A program made the position numbers and the translations under genes. A DNA stretch of 64,000 nucleotides from Dicyema japonicum (taxonomy: Eukaryota > Animalia > Dicyemida). Where the stretch lies: contig RDEW01000001.1 in NCBI GenBank assembly GCA_011109175.1, positions 2,325,863 through 2,389,862 of the forward strand, in the 5' to 3' direction. This document shows, piece after piece, positions 53,485-64,000 of the stretch (the first letter of the stretch is position 1; each line of letters begins with the position of its first letter). The notes under the pieces were generated by a model. The model was not told where the DNA came from and did not search any database. It saw only the letters and a list, made by a program, of their open reading frames with translations.

Positions 53485-56400
53485 TTAGACAATATCAACA
53501 AATTGGTTGTTCAGGCATTCAAATAGCCTACACATGGTATGGTAGTGTGACTGTAGGGTTGGTTTGTGTCCCACCATTATCAACTTGTGTTTGGCACGTG
53601 TGACAGCCACACTTAGTCTGCGCATATCATTAAGTATTCCCTCATTCTAAAATGACAAGTAATCCCAACTGAGTGTCCTCTGCTCTGTCTGGCTTCATTA
53701 GAATATGTAACGAAAATCTCACATTTCACGAACGATATAATAATGACGTCCTTCTCCCTTCCCTGGAATTTATCAATGGTACTGCACTCCACCGGCTTTA
53801 TTAGGTTGTTTATCATGCACGACTGGGCATTGTACGGGGTTATCACTCCGATTCTTTCGTCACCCACATTCAACTGCGATAATGCGAACAAACACCTTCT
53901 TCAGAACAGCCACTATTTTGAAGACAATATCAGCCTCCGTTCGGTTGCAGACACATGAATTGGTTTCCTTGGAGGAGTAGTTTAAAAAAAGCACGGAATC
54001 TTCCAACCTCCTGCTCAGAACCCTTTCCATCCACCGTTCACAATCAATCTCCTCCTTAAAATCATAAATAGTGAAAACATTAGGTTCATAAGAGACCGTA
54101 GCATTGGTAACATCAGGAGTCCCACATTTAAGCAGATTTTTGTACATCAAAGAATTAGCGAGTTGAGATATTTTCCTAAAATTAGGGGGATCAAGCAACT
54201 CATTCATTCGGTACTGCTCAGTAAGGGCGATTGGAGGGATACTGGGTTCCAATCGGGCAAACAAGCTCTGACAGATCCCACGTGACCTTAATAAATAATA
54301 ATTATCACTTTGCCGCTTTAGACCGAGCAATAGGCATTAGCTGAAGAGGATCGCCAATTAGGAGAGCTCGTCGGGCCAATGCGAATGGTCCCAACACATG
54401 GGGCTGCATTGTCTGACACGACTCCTCCACAATGCACCAATCATATTCCCTCGATGACAAGATAGGATTCACACAACCATGACACGTGGACACCACCACT
54501 TTCTGAGAGTAAACAAAACTAGAACCCGAGAATAAAAGTGTTCCTCCATCTCCTTCCAATCCATTCCCCCAAATTTAAGTCTCTTTTCAATGACATCTTC
54601 AAATGAGTGTTTTTTCATCTCATCCACCATCTTCGTTTTGTTCCCAAATCTCCACAGATGGACTCCCAGCTTGAAATATACAAACTCCGATAACCATCAC
54701 CAGCTTATTGGCCAGTCCGTCGACTGCAGCGTTAGTGTGGGACACAACCAGAACGTTCTGTCCTTTCTCTACAAGGATTTTGATGAGATGGGAGACCATT
54801 GTTGATTTTCCACAACCGGGATACCCAGCAACGAGGATCGCCTGGTCATTCCCACACAAAGCCTTTCTAACGACATTCAACTGCTGTTCGTTGAGTTCAT
54901 TGGTTGTCCCCTCCCACCCAACTTCCATCTTCCTGGATTGAACTCCAGAGACAACCATAGATCTCAGATCTGCCATTTTATGTGTATTCTGCATCAGCGA
55001 ACTCAGATAACTCAATGCCACGTGGTAGGACTGCTCGAACACATCCATCTGAAATTCATAAGTTACATTGTATTCAATATTCCCAGGATCACATCGGCAT
55101 GTCGTCGTTAAGAGTTTACCATTGACTTCCTCCACTATAAGCGTATGTTCTCTTCCACCAGCCATCAATTCCCAGGATCACATCGGCATGTCGTCGTTAA
55201 TAGTTTACCATTGACTTCCTCCACTATAAGCGTAAGTTCTCTTCCACCAGCCATCAAATAAACAACAGACCCGGACACAACCTCCCCTTCCACTAACTCC
55301 AGTGTGACGTAATTATCCGTTTTTTCTGATCTAATTCTTTTTCCAGCCAGAAAACACTTCGATTTGTCAGACACGTGGCTGTTCTCAGATCTCTCCAAAT
55401 CCAGTAGCATTTGCCAATGCATAAAATATTCCACATCAGTCTGTGTGAGATGACTGAGAACATGATTCAACTTTGGACTGATTGAGTCCGCGTTCTGATA
55501 GAGGAGGCAAACTACTGACAGTTCGCATTTACAGCATATATTAGCATTACATATCATATCGGGTAGATCATCCAAGGGAGATCCCATATAGTGACAGAAG
55601 ACGTTGCGGGATTGCAAAAGGGAGTTTTGCTGGGCTGAGGAGTGAGGTACATGAGTAATAACCCCTCCCTCTATTGGATAGTACAAATATCCTCCATTTT
55701 TGGTTCTTGTTACGTCAGAGTGAGCCAACAGGAGTGAATACAGTTGTATTTGGGCTGAATGACTCAAATAGTTGGAGCTGGTCTTCCTCCCACTCTTAAC
55801 CTCAACGGGTACAAATCCATTCTTAACCATTTTCGTGAGAACGTCAATTTTTCCTGAAATTCCCAAAGTCTTCAACTGAATTGGCTCCTCGACAGATTCA
55901 ACAGTCATCTGGTTACTGTTAAGTTTACTGGGAAAAGAGAAAATCCCCGATTTGTATTTTTTGATCTCCTCCATTATTTCCAAGGCATCAATCCTGTTAA
56001 GCATCAGTCCAGTCAGAATATCCAGGTTTTCCGTGAGCAACGTGTTAACGGAATCGTCAAAATTGAAATGAACCTCCAAACAGAACTTTTCAATCAGTCT
56101 ATGGACGACTATACCAGTAATCGTCTGCTTATTGATAGTAGATGAAGATGGAAGAAATCTCTGAGACAAAATAGACTTGCGAAGGCAGAAATTCGAGTTT
56201 GCCAAGGTAGTCACTGAAATAAGTCTCTGTGGATTGACAACGACCATTCCTCTGTCATCCGTGACACGTAAGCAGTCCTCACAGTTAATAAACAGCACAG
56301 AATCCCCACGTTTAATATTCGTGTAGGACCAGAATCCCTCCAAAGTGCAAGTGAATAGAACATTGGGATGATCTCGGTCGTAAAATTCCACGGTTTTGTC

Positions 56401-56695
56401 CTCATTGCTCTGCTCTTCAACTTTTGAAACAAAGTAGACAGTCTTGTCCCGAAATGAAGGTTTAATAAACTCTGGGGAAGACACTTTGACTGTTTTTGAG
56501 GGAGGGGATCGCCAGAGGGAGTCATCTGCCGGAGAAAAAATAGGGCTTAGCGGGAGTGGAGAACTCACCTAATATGTAATTTCAACAAAACTTCGTTTTT
56601 TAGAAAACTCAGTAAATTCGTCTGTCGAAATTGTTCCTTCTTTTCTTTGCCTTTAGTCTAATAAATATAATATTAAGTGGCACAGGTTGAGGCAT
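53485..56695 (-). CDS. DNA2: DNA replication nuclease-helicase DNA2
   Basis: Nuclease motifs HRLIE, SGKIDV, VEVKSG, HSAQIQLY; Fe-S cysteines (FCLR.. and CCKCELSVVC); helicase GYPGCGKST, GDPLQL, TIDKFQGREK, RRLSVAVTRAK; 89-nt tandem duplication at ~55082-55259 gives an apparent frameshift. Confidence 0.95.
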
Positions 56696-57770
56696 TGCTG
56701 AATGCCGGCAAATTTATTAATTAATATAATGAGAATTCTATCAAATAATAACTAATTAAAGTAATAAAATTAAATAACTAAAATCAATCATGCATGCAAA
56801 TTTTCTTTATTGCCAAGAGGAAATGGTTTGATTGATTCGTTTGGGCAGCGGTAGAAGCCACAGGGCGCCATAATTGCAGGAGACCCAAGACTTTTTAAAT
56901 TATCTTAAAGAGGGGAATGTGAGTACATGGAAGTGGTGGGAACTTTGGAGGAACCTTAGAGATTCCTCACTTCTGTTTGAGGAATATCGGGATCGCTTAG
57001 TTTTTAACACCTCTTTGTAGTCTTAGGGATTATTTTACATAAAGCTGAGTAAATAGGTTTATCAAGACTAGGAAATAATTGACAGTACAAATAATTAAAC
57101 CATAATTATGCTGTGGTTTCTCTCAAAAGATTTTCACGTCGAGACAGTCCCTTGATGATACTTTTCTAATTTAAGCAATCCCCTACCACCTCCTCACTCA
57201 GAATTTAATATTCATTAATCTATTTTCGTGATATCATTTTTGGGTTTAACTGCGCACATTTAAACGGGACAAATTGCCTTATCGACCAAACTGGACGAAA
57301 AGAACGGTAACGAGGTTTTCCTCGAGTAGCTGCCGTCTTATACGATTCACCCTCGTAGCCCCTTCTGTGGACTAGACAAAGTCCAGACAAGCCCTAAATC
57401 GAATTCGAATCCATAGTAAGTGAATAGTCCATTTTGTGTCCACACGTGGAGGATTGTCAATGTCGGGAATAATAACTAGACTATCAGCATTCACAGAGTG
57501 TTTGACATAATAAGGAAGAAATGGTCTCAATAAATATAGAATTAAATGTATGTTAAATTATATCGAATATGTGAGTAAGCCGGAATCACAGGCACAGTAA
57601 TTTCACAATAAACTGGGATTAATGCATCCGTGGAGATTTCGCCTTATAAACTGACTCTTAATGTGAATCACCACCAAATACAATATTTATATAAGGGTAA
57701 ATGTGATTGGGCCATAAAAAGGACTCAATCCTGTGCTGTTCTGGAATAACTCTGGGTTGCTCAGTTCGCG

Positions 57771-58571
57771 CTATCTTAACGGTAATGACATACTTGGAAT
57801 GGAAGCGTTCATCATTCCGTAAGACAGAGAACTCAAGTCGTTAAATTGACGGTTCATTTCTCGAATAATCAAACTGACTCACCAGAACTTCGATATGTCC
57901 GTAAATTTATACTTCTCTGGGACCGTTTGTTGGTTCTGATGGTCTTTTCTATGGAACAACTGAAATATTAGCATTTATCAACTTTTTTGGAAAAATGTGC
58001 TCTAAGATTATAAATTATCAGACTACTTTTTCTCTCCTTTTTCAGTTTTGAGCGCTCCCTCCTGATGTCCTTGTCAAAAAACGAAACCGCCCGTTCGATA
58101 AAGTCGTTGATATTTCTCGACGTTGAATAAGACTTGATTGCTTCCCGACAGAAAGGACAACGTTTGGCGGTCGGACAACCCTGTTTGGTCCACTCGTTTA
58201 TGCAAAAACTACAAAATGAGTGAGAACAGTTCAGGGTCATAGCCTAAAGGTTACGGTTCGGATTACGTCAATTAATAGCGACTGGCAAATACTGCATGTC
58301 AATTCCTGTTCGATGCAGTCGCTCAACGTCCCCGTTGGAGTTACATCCTCATCACTAGAATTCACAGAATCCACATAATCCATTAAAGGCCCGCTGTGGT
58401 TCTGTACCATGGTAATCAAGTCATCCTGCAATTCATGTTTCTGTTATTTATTTTGATCGATATAACCTTTCGGCGACATTTGATACCGTAACTTTTACAG
58501 ATGCTTTGTAGTTCGTTATATTTGAGTCCAAGGATATTCTCCTTGTTGAGTAATTCTTTGTTGAATGACAT
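57771..58571 (-). CDS. RNF8-like RING E3 ligase with N-terminal SAP-like motif and no FHA domain
   Basis: ELTCSICQSLLID|AMTLNCSHSFCSFCINEW...CPFCR..IKS; N-terminus LKYNELQSICKSYGIKCRRK|KHELQDDL; 3' end uncertain (57949 or 57771). Confidence 0.8.
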
Positions 58572-60406
58572 GATCTACTTATATTATCAACAGCTTACAT
58601 AATGAAAATTATAAAACCTAATTCAAACGCGAAAATATTTTATTTGTTATTTTGGTTAACCATTTATTTTAACCACGTTAAATTAATAATTTTTTATTAT
58701 TTTTTTATTACACTAATCATTCATCGAATTAAAATGTAAATAAACCTATTTTATCAGACCTATATTCTTGAATATTTGTCCTCATTTAATATTATTATAA
58801 CGCGGTTTATTTTCGTTATTAAATGTTTCACACATAAACTTAACTGATTTAATAATTATTTTAATGGCCTTGTAAATGAAAGAACTAAGGACTGGGGGAG
58901 AATTTATGATTTTTTAATGCCATCCTGAGACTGGACGTCACCGAGACAAATAGATTGCATGACGTCACTCTGGTAGGGAGCGAGGGAAGATTAGGAAGTG
59001 AGAAAAAGAAGAGACCAACTAGCAAGAGGAGATCAACCCAGAGCCATTATTAAAATATTTAAAATATCAAAAAGCACGGTGAAACCAAAATACAAAATTG
59101 TGGGATCTTGACATGTTACAGCAGCAGTGAATTTGTCTCAATGGGGTAGATTATCCACCAATGGAGTGAATGGTTCTTCTCAAGGCGTTCTCTGGATCCC
59201 GACAAAACTTTCAGAGTTGGTAAAATAAACGACGCCTCGGTAAAATTCAATCCCAATCGCTAAATTCAACTATTTAATCATTATTTTTTAATCAGATAAA
59301 ATTCTAGATTATATTATTTTATAACAATTTGTTTCCCATAATTAAAATTTACGCCAAGCACTCATAGAACTCTTCTCAGAACCCACACGGGGATCCTTGG
59401 CTTTCTGTGTTTTGTGAGCAACAAGGCAACCTTGTACACGATCAGCGACAGATCGCTCAGTAACCTCACCTTGATTTTATCAACAACGCAAAAATATACT
59501 TTTCTGAAAACGAGGGGATCTTTAAAAGAGCTGTGACAAAACATGGAGATTATGTAAACCGAGATCGCCTAGTAAGGTACTCTGTATTGTGGTTGAAAAT
59601 TTAAACAAATTAAATTTTTTTTTCTTTATTTCAAATTAAATTTTAAGAATCGAGGCAAGCCACTGACGTTACATGAAGGCTATTCAAATGTACTCTAATA
59701 TTTTTGAGCATAGAGCGACATATTCTATTGCCTATTAATCTGACAGTTTATTTTGTGGTTAATCGTCAATGAACCGATTGTTATAGAATCACACTTTAAT
59801 GGAGACAATAAAGAAATCGTACTAAAGATCACCTGAGTTTCACTGGTCGGGGATTTGAACTCGAGAGTATCTCATATTCTATAATTCTTAAGTTCTTCAC
59901 TCATACCTTGATTACCCGAAAGGCAAAACTACCAATTTGTAGTTAACTGTTAGGAATACTTTGACATATTCTTATTAGCTTCAGATAACCAAAGGCCTTA
60001 TTTCTTCTCCCAAAGGAAAACTATCAATTTGTAGTAAATTATTAGGCATGCTCACACTCGTGTTTGCCTTTAGATCAAGGCCCTTATTACTTCCCCAAGA
60101 AGTAACAGTGACAGTTTGCAGTAATTCTTTAGAATACTATAACTCATGTTCTCAACCACCTTCATATCAAAGGCCTTATTACTTCCCCAAGAGCTAGTAC
60201 CGTATTTTGCAGTAATTTGTTAGTCATACTCTACCATTCTAAGAAAATAGTACGCCAACTCTACTAACTTTACGAAAATCTGATTAATTGATTGCACCCC
60301 AAATCAATATCGATCATAATAAATGACCGCCTAGTGGGTAGTGAAGGATTCCAAAACAAACATAGCAATCAATCACTATAAACAGTTTATTACAAATATT
60401 AAAAAA

Positions 60407-62317
60407 TCATCCGTGCATGAGAGCAACAAGGGCATCGAAAAACTTTGTCTTATCGTCATCGAAGACTTCAACAACTAACAAGTAACCATGCTCATAACCA
60501 TTTGAATCAAAGTAGTCAGGAATCAGTCTTGAATCGCTCTGCATGGCCGCCTGCTCAAAGGCCTTTCCAAACAAACTAAGTTCACACAAAGAGCAGACTT
60601 GTTCGGGTCGTCAGCGGCGTCATAAGGAGGGATTCCCACAATCATAATAGTGTGATTATCCCGCCTAACTGGCACGCTCAGTACCAAAGGCAATGTCTTT
60701 GCCCGTCTGTTTCGACTCTGAACTAATAATAACTGACTCAACCACCGAGACGAACGCATGCAACAAATGGCGGGCGAAATTCTGAATGCTTATTTGACTA
60801 GAGAAGCAATAAAACGGCAGATCCTACAATTATGACTCATGTGAGAACCTCCTGAGAGCAATACAGAAAGTTCCCAGTGGACATCACGTGTCTCATATCC
60901 AGAAGGCTCTGTAGCTGGAGAAATATTGTTTTATACTGCTGCAGGACCAGATCTATTGATACTCTCAGCTTGGTGACATTAAAACTGCCCATAAGGCCTA
61001 AAACTACCATCCGACGAGATCCAGAGCCTCGGAGAAATAGGAAGAACTGAGGACGTCCACTTCCTATAAATTACATAGTCCGATTACTGTTTTGCTAAGA
61101 ATGGCAGATAGAATATGCACGTGGTCAGAGGCTGAAAAAGCGGATCCATATCCCTGCCTTATTGTAAAGGAAGAAATGAACAGAGACTCTGAGTCGAGTC
61201 TAAGATGAGCACGTGTCCTCACTTGTAACTAGACATGTGGGTCTCCAACAGTGTTTCCAGGTTGAACTTGAAGTGGACATCCATGGAGGCGTACCTTTGC
61301 CTGCACTGCTCGAGTGGGAGACTAAATGAAAAAAAACGGTACCCTAACTCAGCAAAGAACTCATAGAACCTCTTCCGTCCGTGAATCTTCCAAATCCCGA
61401 ATATAGAGGCAGGGATGAGGGTGTGCCACAAACTCTCAAACAACGACCAGTGTCTGTACAGAACAAAGTTGATTTCTCTGCGGAATGTGATCGTCAGAGG
61501 ACCACCAGCTCCATCCGTGGATGCTGACCTGTTGTTTAGTCTGTTTGTGTGTGACTGGAGACTTATGACGTCCTCCATATATTTGTCCCTCACAATCTTG
61601 CTGCTTATGTACTGTTCAGTACAGCCAACAATGGCGTACCACAGTAACAGTTTGGTGTCCTTCGACAACTTCCAGGCCAATTCAAACATCAACAGGGCAG
61701 ACTAGGTTCAAACACGAGGTGTACACTGCTAACAGACCAAGCGAATTTTGTGTACTCAAAAATTATTCTGTCGTAATTTCTCCGTCTTTGGGTAGATTCT
61801 TCATTTTCTGAATTGAGGTCATCTGACTGGTGGTCGTCGACAAACAAAGATTCGTAGGTCGGGACTTGACCAACTTCATCATCTCTTGAGCACACAACTA
61901 TCTGACTGGAGCTGTAAACGTTGAAAACGTCGATTGGCCGGTGACTATGAGGAAATACAAACAGAAACTAGTCACATATGTAGAATTTGATGTGTTCGGG
62001 AGGTTGAAGGAACTCACAGAGATCCAAACTTGCACCAAAGTTAAGGAGAACGACGACTACATTCTCTAATTAATCAACAAAAACTTCTTCCAAGTTCTGC
62101 TGGCTGTATCGCTGAGAGAATTCCTTCCACCCAGAGACAGGTATGAAGGTGTAAGTAATCTGGTCGCTCTCCAACAAGTGCTGGAGACAACCCCAGGCAC
62201 ACACTGAATCGACATCACACGCTGCAAACACAACCACTCTCTGGAAATTACCAAACCGGTCACCTTCCCGTACAATTTCACGTAAAAGTCAGTCCTCAAG
62301 TCATGTACTACAACCAT
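60407..62317 (-). CDS. CDC45: Cell division control protein 45 (about 11 exons)
   Basis: RVVVFAACDVDSVCA, LLNFGASLDL, CDYHRP, MFELAW, RHWSLFESL, FFAELG|LPLEQCRQRY, FGKAFEQAA; GT-AG introns of 21-28 nt. Confidence 0.95.
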
Positions 62318-62376
62318 ATTCCCAATATTAATATTTTATTTTTATTTTAAAAATATTTATTTAAGTTATTCTGGTC
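62318..62376. promoter_or_regulatory. 59-bp AT-rich bidirectional promoter between CDC45 and GNB1L
   Basis: Only 59 nt separate the two divergent start codons. Confidence 0.6.
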
Positions 62377-63351
62377 ATGAAAGTTCCCCCGCCACATTTT
62401 CTTCTTCGAAGTGGTAATTCTTCCTCTTCAGCACTGCTTTACGGAGGAGGACATTTAATAAGCGGAGACCGCGAGGGGTTCATTACAATCTGGGATATTT
62501 TGTCTCAAAAACAACTTCATCAATGGAGATGTCATAGAAATGTGGTAAATCTGATAATTCCAGAAAATAATATGGCTGGAGTTTGGCGAAGATGACCAAT
62601 CCTTATTCTCCTGTGCTTTGAATGAATCCATTCGTGTTTCTCGTAAGGATAACTCAGGATGGATTTCTGAAGGTTTAAACTAATTAAATTGTAGATTTTA
62701 TCGACGTTGGCTTATTCGAGTTCAGCATTTTTGCTTCTGTGAGGCTCAACTCCGACCAACTCTTTGTTTCTTGCGAAAAATCTAACAAAGTTGACTGAAA
62801 CAGCTATTTAGATGGATATTTGCCAGCTCAGCAACGGAGAGAGAGTATACGAGTACATCCACAGGGAGGCAAACGGCATAATCACCACAGTTAGATTGGC
62901 GCTTAAGGAGAGACTGTATTTCGTGGTGGCTTATGAAAATGGAGTCGTTGAAGTGCATTCCAATACACCGGATTTGACTGATGAGTGGGGGAGATCGGAA
63001 TACACGATTCATAAGGACGTCGTGACTTGCCTAGATGTGGGCTCTGATTACGTGATCTCTGGATCTGTGGATTCTAATATCAAGAAGTGGGCAATCAAAG
63101 ACGGAAACGTGACCCTGACTCGTAAAATGGAGAACGAGGGAGTCTCTTCATGTTCTATTAGGGAGGATGAACGAATCGTCGTTTTCTCTTGTTGGGACCA
63201 GAATATACGTGTGTTTTCCGTCAAGTCCCTTAAACTTTTGGCTGTGTTAGACTACCACGAAGCTAAAATCGAGTGCGTACTGTTGAGTCCCCCGAATAAT
63301 ATATTTTCGTCTTCTGCTGATAAACTGATATACTCCATACAGTTGTATTGA
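62377..63351 (+). CDS. GNB1L: GNB1L/ASA1-like WD40 protein (4 exons)
   Basis: PPPHFLLRSG...LISGDREGFITIWD N-terminus; C-terminal CWDQNIRVFSVKSLKLLAVLDYHEAKIECV...SSADKLIYSIQLY*; introns of 19-22 nt. Confidence 0.85.
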
Positions 63352-64000
63352 CGGAGTTCCCCGATGTGACTAAAAATTACTGTTTTTATTATAATTTTTT
63401 CATTTTTGGATGATTCGACTTCTTTATATGACGGGATTCAGCTCGGAGTATCCGGCGGTCCCTTAGTTCAAAGCATCGGATTTCTAATGCTCCGAAGGAA
63501 GATTGGTTTACTTGGAGAAGCGATTTCATGAGTTACAATTACTGAAGACTGGGAGTCCTTTATTCTCTTTAGTTGCGTTTTAGCTATCTCCTCTATTCTC
63601 TCAAGCTACTGGGCTCTCTAAATTCAAAATTCGAGACCATGCTAATTTTCCTATGACTTACTATGCAAAAATCAACCACCTTATCACCCCCAAAAGGCTT
63701 CCACTGTAAGAGATCGCATGATCAGAAGTCAGCAGACCTTTCCATTATTCCACAATCCCTAATTACTCGTGGTCGACCCTATAATGCAAAAGATCCAGAC
63801 GCTTTAGTCATACATCACCTGTAAAGTCTCGGTCCGAACGGGCTTTCTTGCTTTAACCAATTTAATCGAACGCTCAGTCAGAGACCAGTATCTATGCTCT
63901 GGTAGAAATCCTCCATCATGTTTAATTTGAAGACTAAGCGTGACCCTTCTGATCCTTCATTACATCGTCTTATTTCCCCCTTGTCTCGAAGATTGCTCCT

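Noticed and set aside
55082-55259. DNA2 frameshift suggesting a pseudogene or programmed frameshift
   Set aside because: It is an 89-nt tandem duplication with two allele-like mismatches; an assembly artefact is far more likely.
56790-57770. Possible additional fast-evolving gene between DNA2 and the RNF8-like gene
   Set aside because: Open segments exist on both strands but I could not build a consistent spliced model or recognise a family.
63400-64000. Possible Gypsy pol remnant (similar weak signal at 52650-53200)
   Set aside because: Motif resemblance too weak to support a call.

Overview
Eukaryotic, AT-rich window from a compact-intron genome using the standard genetic code (TAA, TAG and TGA all act as stops). 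Nearly all genes are split by ultra-short spliceosomal introns of about 19-31 nt, mostly 21-25 nt. This fits a highly reduced animal parasite (myxozoan or dicyemid/orthonectid type), but the taxon cannot be fixed from sequence alone. Roughly 1-33 kb is a graveyard of decayed transposons (jockey-, RTE-, R4- and CRE-like LINEs, hAT, pogo/Tigger, Gypsy) with three embedded genes: a divergent kinesin-5-like protein, a TMEM272-like protein and RPB11. Roughly 34-63.4 kb is gene-dense: CDK (two near-identical copies, probably allelic), PGM, RPP25/Alba, V-ATPase B, RNF5/185, a BLOC1S1-like gene, DNA2, an RNF8-like RING protein, CDC45 and GNB1L/ASA1. The assembly is noisy, with one 638-N gap, 16 single-n joins and many ~85-145 bp tandem duplications that look like merged haplotypes. 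The most notable observations are a probable non-canonical GT-TG 23-nt intron in CDK, a kinesin with an intact P-loop but no switch I, a piece of the neighbouring V-ATPase B gene captured inside another gene's intron, an RNF8-like RING with a SAP-like motif instead of FHA, and a 59-bp head-to-head CDC45/GNB1L promoter.
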